This document shows, in pieces, positions 38,575 to 47,318 of a stretch of DNA of 64,000 nt. Made by a program: the position numbers and the translations under genes. Source of the DNA: Escherichia coli (GTDB lineage: Bacteria; Pseudomonadota; Gammaproteobacteria; Enterobacterales; Enterobacteriaceae); the NCBI RefSeq assembly GCF_024223415.1, contig NZ_CP100500.1; one strand, written 5' to 3'. Below the pieces are notes generated by a model. The model was not told the origin of the DNA. It searched no databases and saw only the letters and a program-made list of their open reading frames with translations. The first letter of the stretch is position 1. Every line of letters starts with the position of its first letter.

Positions 38575-38670
38575 AACCGATATTCCTTTTTGCAGATAAA
38601 TGAAAACGCCAGCCGTATTCGGACTGGCGTCAGTGGAATGAATCGTGGTGAGTGAGATGATGAGTGAGAC

Positions 38671-38868
38671 TCACAGGTTCTGGTGCTGAAGCTGCAGCTG
38701 GCGCAGGGTGCGGATATCCTCCCTGGCCTGTTCGATACAGGGCAACAGTGCTGCCGAATCCGTTTTATCCTCATCGTTGTCGAAGATAATGCAGGAGCCG
38801 CAGTCGATATTGTCCTGCAGCCACGCAATCAGAATATCCGGTGCTGTTTCTGTGGTTAATGATTTCAT
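38671..38868 (-). CDS. DUF957-like small protein (65 aa)
   Basis: MKSLTTETAPDILIAWLQDNIDCGSCIIFDNDEDK.... The longer 194-aa ORF in the track is a frame artefact. Confidence 0.55.
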   Translation of the reverse strand: MKSLTTETAPDILIAWLQDNIDCGSCIIFDNDEDKTDSAALLPCIEQAREDIRTLRQLQLQHQNL

Positions 38869-38887
38869 ACGGTGTCTTTTGTCCCGG

Positions 38888-39376
38888 TTACCAGTCGAAA
38901 GTGGGAAAACCCGGCAGACATTCAGCGCCGGCATCCAGATGAATGAGACTGACGCCATAACGCCGGATGAGAGTGACAACCAGACGACGAAACGTTTTTG
39001 ACAGACCCAGGCGTTTAAGCCGCAGAGCCGGGTACGACCACGCATCAGTACGTAACAGATATCCGCTGCCTGTAAAATGAATCCATTCTGATTCGCCGTT
39101 GTCATTCGTCTGATGCGACAGCGAGTACAGCCAGGCATTGTCCTGCTCCGTGATATGTGCGGTACTGCAGCGTATGCCGGTAAGGGCCGCAAATGGTGGC
39201 ATGCAGTCTGCTGAGGTCCGGTCAGATTCATCAGCAACACGAAGGGAACAGCCATTATCGCAGACCACGTTAATCAGTTCAGCGAGATTAACACCATCGA
39301 CGTCAGCGACAATGCGCCCCATGTTCAGTGCCTGTACGTTAACGCTGTCGGCTTCCAGTGTCAGGGACAGTTTCAT
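38888..39376 (-). CDS. DUF5983-like protein
   Basis: 162 aa; [23 protein letters not shown].... Its start overlaps the cbtA stop (ATGA). Confidence 0.55.
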   Translation of the reverse strand: MKLSLTLEADSVNVQALNMGRIVADVDGVNLAELINVVCDNGCSLRVADESDRTSADCMPPFAALTGIRCSTAHITEQDNAWLYSLSHQTNDNGESEWIHFTGSGYLLRTDAWSYPALRLKRLGLSKTFRRLVVTLIRRYGVSLIHLDAGAECLPGFPTFDW

Positions 39377-39750
39377 GGTTTCACCTCACAGTGTTTACCC
39401 AGGGTGATGTTGTTCACCATTCTGTAGTGGCTGCGGGTCATCAGGCCGGTCGCCCGGCGGGCCCGGAGAATATCAATGCTGCTGATTAACTGCGATGAAG
39501 CTCCTGCGCTGAATCCCGGCTGGTCGGTACGCACCAGCGCGTATTTTTCCACAAGAAAGTTCACCGCATCACACAGTGAAATACCCGCCTCAATATGCTG
39601 CTCAATCACACGTTCATCGGCGAACGGTGTGTCATTCAGCGTGAGGCCGTAGTGCTGGTCCAGCAGCCGGGTGAGCAGTGTCTGCCAGATTTCAACCGGA
39701 GACGGGCAGCGCGATGTTGCCCGTACGTGTGTGTCGGGGAATGTTTTCAT
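39373..39750 (-). CDS. cbtA: CbtA/YkfI/YpjF-family type IV toxin (cytoskeleton-binding)
   Basis: ...[66 protein letters not shown]... is nearly identical to remembered K-12 CbtA. Start taken at MKTFPD. Confidence 0.85.
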   Translation of the reverse strand: MKTFPDTHVRATSRCPSPVEIWQTLLTRLLDQHYGLTLNDTPFADERVIEQHIEAGISLCDAVNFLVEKYALVRTDQPGFSAGASSQLISSIDILRARRATGLMTRSHYRMVNNITLGKHCEVKP

Positions 39751-39808
39751 CTTAAGTACTCTGTAACAGGTGATGATAAAGAAGTGCTGTCCGGGGTTAT
39801 GCGGTGGT

Positions 39809-40174
39809 TCAGGGTGTTGCCGGTGTCGGATAAATGGCGATATACACGTAACCACAACTGCCGAGGGTGTCGGCATCGCAGGTCAGCCCTTTCGCATACA
39901 GTGTCACGGTATGCTGATGGCGGGGACTGAGTTCACCGCTGGTGAGCATGAGTTCCAGCTGTTTCATCAGCAGCGGAAAGGCCTGGTCCAGGTGGTACGC
40001 ATCTGCGTCGCTGAACCGGCCTCTGATACCGGCGCGGTCTGCAAGGTAATGCAGGCGGTTACCCTCCTGCACCAGACGGGCACCAAAACAGGGTGTCACG
40101 GTGCAGGGCAGTCCCCACTAGGGGCGGTCGCTGTTGTCGTCAGGATGCGTTGTCCCGGTGAGTGTGTCTGACAT
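39809..40174 (-). pseudogene. cbeA: cbeA (yeeU)-family antitoxin interrupted by an in-frame TAG at codon 19
   Basis: Reads MSDTLTGTTHPDDNSDRP*WGLPCTVTPCFGARLVQEGNRLHYLADRAGIRG.... K-12 CbeA has W at the stop position. The TAG corresponds to plus-strand cta at 40118-40120. Confidence 0.8.
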
Positions 40175-40224
40175 GATAAAGTCCTCACTGATAATCGGTT
40201 AAGAATGGTTTTAACAATGACGGG

Positions 40225-40869
40225 TCAGCCGGTGCGCAGACCGGCTTCGGTGAAGGTGTATCCGTTGATGAGAAGGGCCTCATCCACGGCGTCGTCTGAG
40301 GTCAGCCAGTCGTACTCGTTTTCCAGTTGACTGTATAACCAGAAGGCAAGGTCCCGCAGGGCGTCACAGACAACGGTTTCCGCGCTGGCTGTCATTGCCT
40401 GTCCGGTCGGACTGTCCCGGGTGACGGTGATATCCATGCTGTACGGATGGCAGTAGTGTCCCCGGTGGCGGATTTCAGCCTGAAGCTGCCGGAAGTTACG
40501 CTTCTGCACCGCCTGCAGGGCATCCGCGATACGATGAAGCTCACGGTCCTGCGGGGCATATTCCCTGATTTTCCGGGGTGCCGCTGGCTGCCAGCGCCAG
40601 CGTCCTTCAAAACAGGCTCCGTCCCCCTGGCTGCAGAATCCGCTGAACCAGATGCACGGCTCTTCCATAAACCTGCCGTTGCTGAGCCGGATAACACGCT
40701 GGCGGAGGGCAATCCCGACAATCTCACAGACCGTCCTGAAGTCCTCATACACGTTTTCATACCAGTTGCTGTCAGCATGATGCTGACGGTACCATTCACG
40801 GGCCTTCTCCCGTGCTGTGGCGGAAAGTTCATCCGGCGTATACACGGTGGTGATGATAATTCTGCTCAT
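40225..40869 (-). CDS. hypothetical protein (214 aa) inserted between the yeeT and cbeA homologues
   Basis: GGAG SD 6 nt before the ATG at 40869. Motifs FSGFCSQGDGACFEG and a C-terminal ENEYDWLTSDDAVDEALLINGYTFTEAG. No family named with confidence. Confidence 0.5.
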   Translation of the reverse strand: MSRIIITTVYTPDELSATAREKAREWYRQHHADSNWYENVYEDFRTVCEIVGIALRQRVIRLSNGRFMEEPCIWFSGFCSQGDGACFEGRWRWQPAAPRKIREYAPQDRELHRIADALQAVQKRNFRQLQAEIRHRGHYCHPYSMDITVTRDSPTGQAMTASAETVVCDALRDLAFWLYSQLENEYDWLTSDDAVDEALLINGYTFTEAGLRTG

Positions 40870-40885
40870 CCGCATCTCCACTGAC

Positions 40886-41107
40886 TCAGTTCAGGGTGAC
40901 GCTCATCAGCCGGACATACGGGCCAAAACTGTCCTTCCGGCGTTCGGCAAACACGGCAAGCACACCGGGGATATCCTGCACTTCACGACCGGTATACGCT
41001 TCAGCACTGCCGTGCCAGCGGTATTTACCGGTACAGAACGGAAAAAGACGGGATGACGGATACTGACGGTGAACGCGCATGGCTTCACCACGGGTGATGA
41101 TTTTCAT
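40886..41107 (-). CDS. yeeT: YeeT-like protein (DUF987)
   Basis: MKIITRGEAMRVHRQYPSSRLFPFCTGKYRWHGSAEAYTGREVQDIPGVLAVFAERRKDSFGPYVRLMSVTLN is nearly identical to K-12 YeeT. Confidence 0.85.
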   Translation of the reverse strand: MKIITRGEAMRVHRQYPSSRLFPFCTGKYRWHGSAEAYTGREVQDIPGVLAVFAERRKDSFGPYVRLMSVTLN

Positions 41108-41196
41108 GAGAACAGTCCTCCTGAATGTGAAAGTGAGAAACAGCTGAGAAAGAGAAACTGAAGTGACAATATGAAGGTGGCTGTGACGGTGACGGA

Positions 41197-41673
41197 TTAA
41201 AGCAGACCGTGTTCCGCAAAGGAGAACACCCGGCTGCCACCGACTATCAGATGGTCCGGTACCCGGATATCCACCAGGGCCAGTGCCTGTACCAGACGTT
41301 CAGTGATAAGGCGGTCTGCCTTACCGGGTGTGACCTCACCGGACGGATGATTGTGCGCCAGCACCACGGCAGCGGCATTGTGGTACAGGGCGCGTTTAAC
41401 CACCTCCCGGGGATGCACTTCCGTGCGGTTGATGGTACCGGTGAAGAGGGTTTCACCGGCAATCAGCTGATTCTGGTTGTTCAGGTACAGCACCCGGAAC
41501 TCTTCCCGCTCCAGTCCCGCCATGTGCAGAATCAGCCATTCCCGTGCCGCATGCGTGGAGGTGAAGGCCACGCCGGGTTCATGAAGATGGCGGTCCAGGG
41601 TTTTCAGGGCCCGCTGAATGAGGCTGCGCTCGCCGGGCGTCATCGCGCCGGGCAGAAAGGAAATCTGTTGCAT
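41197..41673 (-). CDS. yeeS: RadC-like JAB-domain protein (YeeS/YkfG/YfjY family)
   Basis: Metalloprotease motif HNHPSGEVTPGKADRLIT. GAGG SD before MQQISFLPG. Confidence 0.85.
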   Translation of the reverse strand: MQQISFLPGAMTPGERSLIQRALKTLDRHLHEPGVAFTSTHAAREWLILHMAGLEREEFRVLYLNNQNQLIAGETLFTGTINRTEVHPREVVKRALYHNAAAVVLAHNHPSGEVTPGKADRLITERLVQALALVDIRVPDHLIVGGSRVFSFAEHGLL

Positions 41674-41684
41674 AACCTCACCCC

Positions 41685-42158
41685 TCAGTCGATGATGCGC
41701 ATAATGGCGCTGCATTCCGGATGCTGCAGGGCGTAATCCCGCAGCCGGTAATAATGGACCGTCATGGCATAATGCTCCGTACGGCAGGCGTGATGACTGT
41801 AGGCCATCAGGCAGGCGGCAATGCCGGCGGCTTCAGGGCTCATTTCCGCGCGGTTGCCGTTCATGGTGTTAAACAGTGCCCATGTTTCGTCATCATCGTC
41901 ACCCGGTTCGGGAGCCATAAATGCGCCGCCGTTGTTCAGGGTGTACATATTCCAGATACCCCCACTGTAGTCTTCACACAGACGGTCCATCCAGCCGAAG
42001 ATTCGGGGCTCAAGGGTCACCCACTGCGGAATGAGGCCAAAGTGCTGCGGCCAGAAGCTGATGCGCTGTTCGTCAGGCACTGGGCTGGCAACCAGCTGAG
42101 GTGGATTATTCCCGGATGCAGTGGTTGCGGAAACAGAGTCATGCGAAACCGTTTTCAT
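41685..42158 (-). CDS. antirestriction protein (KlcA/ArdB-like; YafX/YfjX family)
   Basis: 157 aa; WPQHFGLIPQWVTLEPRIFGWMDRLCEDYSGGIWNMYTLNNGGAFMAP is the characteristic block of this family. Confidence 0.75.
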   Translation of the reverse strand: MKTVSHDSVSATTASGNNPPQLVASPVPDEQRISFWPQHFGLIPQWVTLEPRIFGWMDRLCEDYSGGIWNMYTLNNGGAFMAPEPGDDDDETWALFNTMNGNRAEMSPEAAGIAACLMAYSHHACRTEHYAMTVHYYRLRDYALQHPECSAIMRIID

Positions 42159-42262
42159 AAGTGAAATCCTTAAGTGAATAAGTGAACAAGTGAATTAAGG
42201 AAATAAGTGAATGAATAAGTGAATAAGAGAGAAAAGACAGGGCACTGACAGCGTCGCGTTAA

Positions 42263-43081
42263 TCAGCGCATGCTCTCCAGCAGCGTTTCTGCCATCACCC
42301 ACAATGCGCGGTTGAGTTTTATATCGGTATCAATGCTGTGAATGGCCCGGGTATGGATACGTTTTCCTTTTGCACTGCGACCGGAAATCCCGCCTTTCAG
42401 CATATTCTCCTGGATGGTCTGATAAGCACTCCACAGGTCCTTACCGTAATCCTCCCGGCGTCGTGGTGTCAGAATGTCGGCGGTGGTGACGGGCTGATGT
42501 TCGTCACCATAACGGTAAGTCAGTGCCGCCTGTGCCAGCGCCTGGCGTGCCGGTGGCGGCAGGACCAGCGACTGCATGGCATCACGCTTCTCCTCTATCC
42601 GGTCAAACACGCCCACCACCTCGTAAGCCCCTTCAATGACTCTGTCCACCACATTTCCCCGGTGCGGAACACGCACTTCCCCCAGAGACTGACCGCAGAC
42701 GCATCCGTTCTGGCAGACGAACCTGAAGTAACCCGGCAGCATCTGGTAGCTGGAGGTACCGTCATGAGAGTTGAGCAGAATAATTTCAGGGACATGTTGT
42801 CCGTTTATCTCCCCGTCACGGCGCAGACGCAGCATGTGTTTGGTATACCCCCGGCGGCCCGGGTCCCGCACGCGGGTCTGGCAGGCAAAGAAGGGCTGAA
42901 AGCCTTCCCGCTGCAGGCTTTCCAGCACGGTAATGGTGGGGATGTATGTATAGTTCCGGCTCCGGGAGGTGTGCTTATCTTCCCCGAAAATCCCGGGCAC
43001 ATGGTGCATCAGTTCTTCATGTGTCAGCGGACGGTCACGGCGTATCTGGTTCGCATAACCAAAACGACTGGCTAATCGCAT
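42263..43081 (-). CDS. DUF932 protein (YfjQ/YafZ family)
   Basis: 272 aa; MRLASRFG...PLTHEELMHHVPGIFGEDKHTSRS.NYTYIPT pattern; island context. Confidence 0.75.
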   Translation of the reverse strand: MRLASRFGYANQIRRDRPLTHEELMHHVPGIFGEDKHTSRSRNYTYIPTITVLESLQREGFQPFFACQTRVRDPGRRGYTKHMLRLRRDGEINGQHVPEIILLNSHDGTSSYQMLPGYFRFVCQNGCVCGQSLGEVRVPHRGNVVDRVIEGAYEVVGVFDRIEEKRDAMQSLVLPPPARQALAQAALTYRYGDEHQPVTTADILTPRRREDYGKDLWSAYQTIQENMLKGGISGRSAKGKRIHTRAIHSIDTDIKLNRALWVMAETLLESMR

Positions 43082-43125
43082 ACTTTGCTCCTTATCAGTG
43101 GTTAAGACTGACTGACGTAATCAAT

Positions 43126-43157
43126 GAAAAAGCCGCGTCTCCCGGAGAAGACGCGGC
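43126..43157 (-). terminator. intrinsic terminator upstream of the DUF932 operon
   Basis: GCCGCGTCT-cccggaga-AGACGCGGC, with an A-run on the plus strand (a T-run on the minus strand). Confidence 0.5.
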
Positions 43158-43605
43158 CTGATGGATGAAATGAATGAGGGTTTACCGAAGTCCTTCAGCA
43201 TTGAGGTGAAGCCGCCGGAAATGTGTTCCCGGGTCATCTTCGATAAATACATTGCGGTAAGCTGTTATGGCAGAAACCGCCTGCACGTGTGAGAAAGGTC
43301 TTCGCTTAAGACGTACTCTGTGTGATCCGGTATTTCTGGTTTCTCCTGATTAATAGCCTCTGCCACAAAGTGTGGAAGAGGCTGAATCATGGTATTTACT
43401 TCTTTCATCATGGTGGTATTCCGGTGTATTAACCGGGATCTGATTCCGGAAAATAAGGAATAAACGTAAAGGAGCAGAATGCTCGTTATGCCAGACACGC
43501 AGGGGGTAATGCCTCTTCCGGGTGGTTAACCATATTGCCGGGATGTGATGCTTCATATTCCATAACAGAGCGTTGCCTGATGATACTGACTACCAGTGGT
43601 TTGAT

Positions 43606-44060
43606 TCACATATTGGTCGCTGCCCGTTGCTGTACGCCGGCGGCGAAAATGATCTCCAGAGCATTCTGATCGATAACACGGGCCAGATTCGCGTTCAGAT
43701 TTTCAGTTTCATTTTCGGTCAGCAGGAAACTGACGGCAAGCCACGTCACCTGCTCCTGAATCATGGCAGGAATTTTGATGCGCTCCTCTTCAGCCAGAGT
43801 ACCGGCAATTTTTCCTGATACCACTGCAATCATTCCTCCCGGAACGCCGCCCGCCAGCGAATATGAAATAACCGGGGTATGCGTTCAGTGATACAGCCAG
43901 CCAGTAAAGCCGGACCGGACAGACACAGCAATATGAGTCCTGCCAGCACAGACGCTGTGCTGGTTAATGCTCTGAACAAAAAGCGAAGAATGGCAAATCC
44001 TGCGATAAGCAGGATCAGCACGCCGACTATCTGTAACATAGTCCCCCTGATAAATATCAT
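43606..44060 (-). pseudogene. yeeR: yeeR remnants (N-terminal about 60 aa and C-terminal about 70 aa, internal part missing)
   Basis: MLQIVGVLILLIAGFAILRFLFRAL... and ...GKIAGTLAEEERIKIPAMIQEQVTWLAVSFLL... resemble the two ends of the much longer YeeR as I remember it. Confidence 0.4.
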
Positions 44061-44159
44061 GTTATTGTTAATGCCAGCGAATGTGGCGTTGAATATCCGT
44101 TGCGCCGGTCCGGGTCCCGATCATGATGACCGGGACCACAAAGAGGCAATGCAGAATTG

Positions 44160-47100
44160 TCAGAAAGTCACATTCAGCGTGGCCTGACCGTTATAACCTT
44201 CAGCGCTGCTGCCGCTGACGCTGCGGGCATAACCGGCCTGAACACCCAGGGTGATATTTTCCCGGACACGGGCTTCCAGTCCGGCCTGCAGGTCCAGTGA
44301 TGTGCCATTCTGTGACGGTGAGAACATCATGTTACTGCCGGCTGCGGCTGTACCCATGCTCATGTCTCCCCGGGAGCTGAAGGTGCGGATAACAGAAGGC
44401 TGTACCCACCCGTTCACCGGCAGTTCACTCACACTGTGTCTGGCACTGCCGCGCAGGGTGTCACGGGATGAGCTGCCTTCACCAAAGCTCATATCGTTGT
44501 GGCTGCCCAGACGGAAACCGGCACGCACATGTTGTGCACTGCCATGCCCGAACTTCACATAACCGGCGTTATCCTGGCCGTCATCCAGGGAGAGTCCCTG
44601 CCAGGTGTACTGCAGTTGTGGCTCCAGCATCAGATGGTCAGTGATACTGAAGGGCAGACCGGTTTCCAGTGAGCCCAGCCAGCCCCGGCCCCGGGCGCGG
44701 AAGTCGTTACTGTCCGATGACGCTTTCATGCTGTGGCGGGTTTCCTGTGCCACAAGGTCAGCCCACAGGCCGGAGGACGTGTGTACCAGATTCAGGTATC
44801 CGCCCAGGCTGCCGGCATCATCCCGGACCGTGCCGGCGCGGGAGCCGTTATCATCCCTGACATCAACGGCAGAATGACCCGCAGCACCATATACCCCTGC
44901 GGTCACAGACATACCGGCAACCTCTGTTCTCAGCAGGTCCCCCTCCAGACGGACGAAGCCATAGCTGCCGCTGCTTTCCGGCGTGGCCCCACGGACAATA
45001 CCGCCGTTGTTACCGTGACCGAGATGACCGCCCTGAATGCTGAGGCGGACGCTGTTATTTTCACCGTTCACATCGCTCTGATGGCTGCGGGAGCCTGCCA
45101 GAATCCGGTCGTAGTCCATCCCCTGCGTCAGCATGGAGGCGTACAGGGGGACTTCCGCGCGATAACGCGTTTCACTGCGCAGATACCAGCTCTGGTCACC
45201 GTCACGGGTCAGGGTGTAGTCATACACCCCGGCCTGCAGCGGGTTGCCCTGAACAAAAGCGCCTTCCTCCGTGGTGGCACCATTAATGGCCTCCACCACC
45301 TGAATGCCCTTACCGGTGGTCGCCAGCCCCGACGCACTGTTGCCGGCGTTCACCAGGTTCAGGGTGGTTTTCCCGGTGGCACTGCCACCGTCAATCACCA
45401 GCCTGTCGGCATTGTGCTGTGCCAGGTCAGGGCGGACACGCAGGGTGATGCTGCCGTTCTGTCCCCGGAGATTTTTCACCGTCAGGGTGGCCGGCGTGAA
45501 GGCTCCGCTGCGGGTGCTGACGAAGTTAATCTTCCCGGCATGACGGAGTTCATCCACCACCGATTTCACCGTGGCGTTGTCCGGAATGTTCCAGGTGGCA
45601 CCGGAGGTGAGGGTGACATCCGTGGGGTCAATGGCACCGGTCAGCACGGTGCTGCCGGTCAGGCTCAGGGTGGTACCGCGCCGGGCAATGATATCCGTGG
45701 TGACGGTACTGTCGGCCAGCGTCAGTGCGCCTTCGTTAAGGCTGACGGCGTTCCGGGTGAGAGTGGTGTTGCTGACAGTGAGTGTGCCGCTTCCTGATTT
45801 TTCCACCCTGCCGTTACCGGTGAGTACGCCCCCCTGCAGAAGCGCATCGCCTTCACGGGTGACCAGGGTGCCGTCATTCACCGTCTTCCCGGAGAGGGTC
45901 AGCGTGGCACCGTTATTCAGCGTGGTGGTGCCGGTCAGGGTTCCGCCCTGCGCGGTGAGCTGCCCGCCGTTCACGGTGGTGTCACGGGCGCTGTCGCCGG
46001 CCTTCAGGGTAAAGGCGCTTCCCTTGCCCAGCGCGAGTCCTGAGGCGTGTCCGCTGCCGATACTGAAGGCACCGCCACCGTCATACTGACCGCTGACAGT
46101 GGCACCGGAATCGGCCAGCAGCATACCGCCTCTGCCCATGGATACCGTGGTGGCTGTACCACCGGTCAGGACTGCCAGCGTGCCCCCGTCATCCACCCGG
46201 GTGTCAGTGGCCGTGTGACCGTTCAGTACATCAAGACGACCGCCTGACTCCAGCAGCACGCCGTCAGCCTTTCCGTCTGCCACGGAAAAGTGGCCCGCAC
46301 GGTTTGTGCCGGAGACGGTGGCTGCCGTACCGGTAACCAGCGCACCGCCCGTATTCTGGGTGACGGCGGTGGCCTTACCACCGGCATTCACCTGCAGCTT
46401 TCCTTTCTGATTGATGGTGGTATTCTCAGCCACCGCTCCCGTCTTCACCACCTGCCAGCCACCGTCGTTAATCACCGTGTTCTGTGCCACACCGCCCTGA
46501 TGAACATACTGGTTGCCGCCGTTAAGGGTGGTGGACAGAGCGTGACCATGTACCGACTGGTCGCCACCGGCCTGTATGGTGGTTTCTCCTGCCATACCTT
46601 CGCCCGCAATGACCTGCCGCCCGTTTCTGTTCACGGTGGTGGAGAGTGCCATCCCTGCCACGAGCTGACCGGTGGCATCGTTATCAGAGTCCGGCCCGCC
46701 TTCAGCGCCGGTATTCACAACGGTGTCGGTTGCCACTGCGCCGGGTTTAACGGTCTGATAACCGTCGCGGTTAATGACAGTACCGACAGCCCTGCCTCCC
46801 TGATGTACCCACTGCTCACCACCGTTCAGGGTGGTGTTCACCGACTGCCCCCGGAGGCTCTGCCCCCCGCCGGCATGGATAACGGTGTCAGTGGCTGTAC
46901 CGCCCGTCATCACAACCTGACGACCATTTGCGGTGACCGTGGTGTTGCTGGCTGTCCCGCCATTATCTATCCACTGCCCACCGTTGTTTTCCTCACTGTC
47001 CGGCCCCAGCTCCAGCCCGGTACTAATGGTCATGCCACTGGCCGTACCGAAGACAATCTGGTTGTCGTGATTTGTCAGCGTACCGCCATTCACTGTATCT

Positions 47101-47279
47101 CCTGCCTGTACAGCGCTGTCAGCAGCCGGCGCGGGCGCTGACATGACTGCAGCAAGGGACAGTGCGGCAGCCACGCCCGCACGCTTCCCCCGCGTGCGGG
47201 CCAGTTCAGAGGCCACCGCGAAGGTGCCCGTGACGTGATTCCATACCAGCCGGTAACTGGTGTTCAGATGTCGCTTCAT
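44160..47279 (-). CDS. flu: antigen 43 self-associating autotransporter adhesin
   Basis: 1039 aa, colinear throughout with remembered K-12 Flu (MKRHLNT.YRLVWNH...ASELAR.RGKR... to ...GYNGQATLNVTF). Confidence 0.95.
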   Translation of the reverse strand: MKRHLNTSYRLVWNHVTGTFAVASELARTRGKRAGVAAALSLAAVMSAPAPAADSAVQAGDTVNGGTLTNHDNQIVFGTASGMTISTGLELGPDSEENNGGQWIDNGGTASNTTVTANGRQVVMTGGTATDTVIHAGGGQSLRGQSVNTTLNGGEQWVHQGGRAVGTVINRDGYQTVKPGAVATDTVVNTGAEGGPDSDNDATGQLVAGMALSTTVNRNGRQVIAGEGMAGETTIQAGGDQSVHGHALSTTLNGGNQYVHQGGVAQNTVINDGGWQVVKTGAVAENTTINQKGKLQVNAGGKATAVTQNTGGALVTGTAATVSGTNRAGHFSVADGKADGVLLESGGRLDVLNGHTATDTRVDDGGTLAVLTGGTATTVSMGRGGMLLADSGATVSGQYDGGGAFSIGSGHASGLALGKGSAFTLKAGDSARDTTVNGGQLTAQGGTLTGTTTLNNGATLTLSGKTVNDGTLVTREGDALLQGGVLTGNGRVEKSGSGTLTVSNTTLTRNAVSLNEGALTLADSTVTTDIIARRGTTLSLTGSTVLTGAIDPTDVTLTSGATWNIPDNATVKSVVDELRHAGKINFVSTRSGAFTPATLTVKNLRGQNGSITLRVRPDLAQHNADRLVIDGGSATGKTTLNLVNAGNSASGLATTGKGIQVVEAINGATTEEGAFVQGNPLQAGVYDYTLTRDGDQSWYLRSETRYRAEVPLYASMLTQGMDYDRILAGSRSHQSDVNGENNSVRLSIQGGHLGHGNNGGIVRGATPESSGSYGFVRLEGDLLRTEVAGMSVTAGVYGAAGHSAVDVRDDNGSRAGTVRDDAGSLGGYLNLVHTSSGLWADLVAQETRHSMKASSDSNDFRARGRGWLGSLETGLPFSITDHLMLEPQLQYTWQGLSLDDGQDNAGYVKFGHGSAQHVRAGFRLGSHNDMSFGEGSSSRDTLRGSARHSVSELPVNGWVQPSVIRTFSSRGDMSMGTAAAGSNMMFSPSQNGTSLDLQAGLEARVRENITLGVQAGYARSVSGSSAEGYNGQATLNVTF

Positions 47280-47281
47280 TA
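47274..47281. repeat. target-site duplication CTTCATTA (flu side)
   Basis: Identical 8-mer at 49724-49731. It contains the flu start codon (the reverse complement of cat at 47277-47279). Confidence 0.9.
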
Positions 47282-47318
47282 GTAAGCGTACAGCGAGAGC
47301 CGTATTGACGGGGATGTG

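Noticed and set aside
37756-38599. Plus-strand ORFs of 106 and 236 aa, and the 194-aa minus-strand ORF at 38671-39255
   Set aside because: The plus-strand ORFs are antisense to the DUF4942-like gene. The 194-aa ORF is an out-of-frame reading across the DUF5983-like gene whose only credible part is the C-terminal 65-aa DUF957-like protein.
37582-38600. Absence of an integrase next to serW, with the toxin end of the island facing the tRNA, considered as evidence of an unusual inversion
   Set aside because: K-12 CP4-6 has the same polarity at thrW (thrW followed by ykfI, yafW, ykfG ... on the opposite strand), so this layout is a known pattern and is not anomalous by itself.
42338-43075. 245-aa plus-strand ORF; likewise 41209-41736 and 41721-42164
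   Set aside because: They are antisense to the DUF932, radC-like and antirestriction genes, all of which carry recognisable family signatures.
44251-47141. Several long plus-strand ORFs (e.g. 44733-45797 at 354 aa, 46290-47141 at 283 aa, 45571-46089)
   Set aside because: All are antisense to flu, whose translation is colinear with antigen 43 over 1039 aa. The antisense products are repetitive G/V/A/R-rich strings mirroring the beta-helix repeats.
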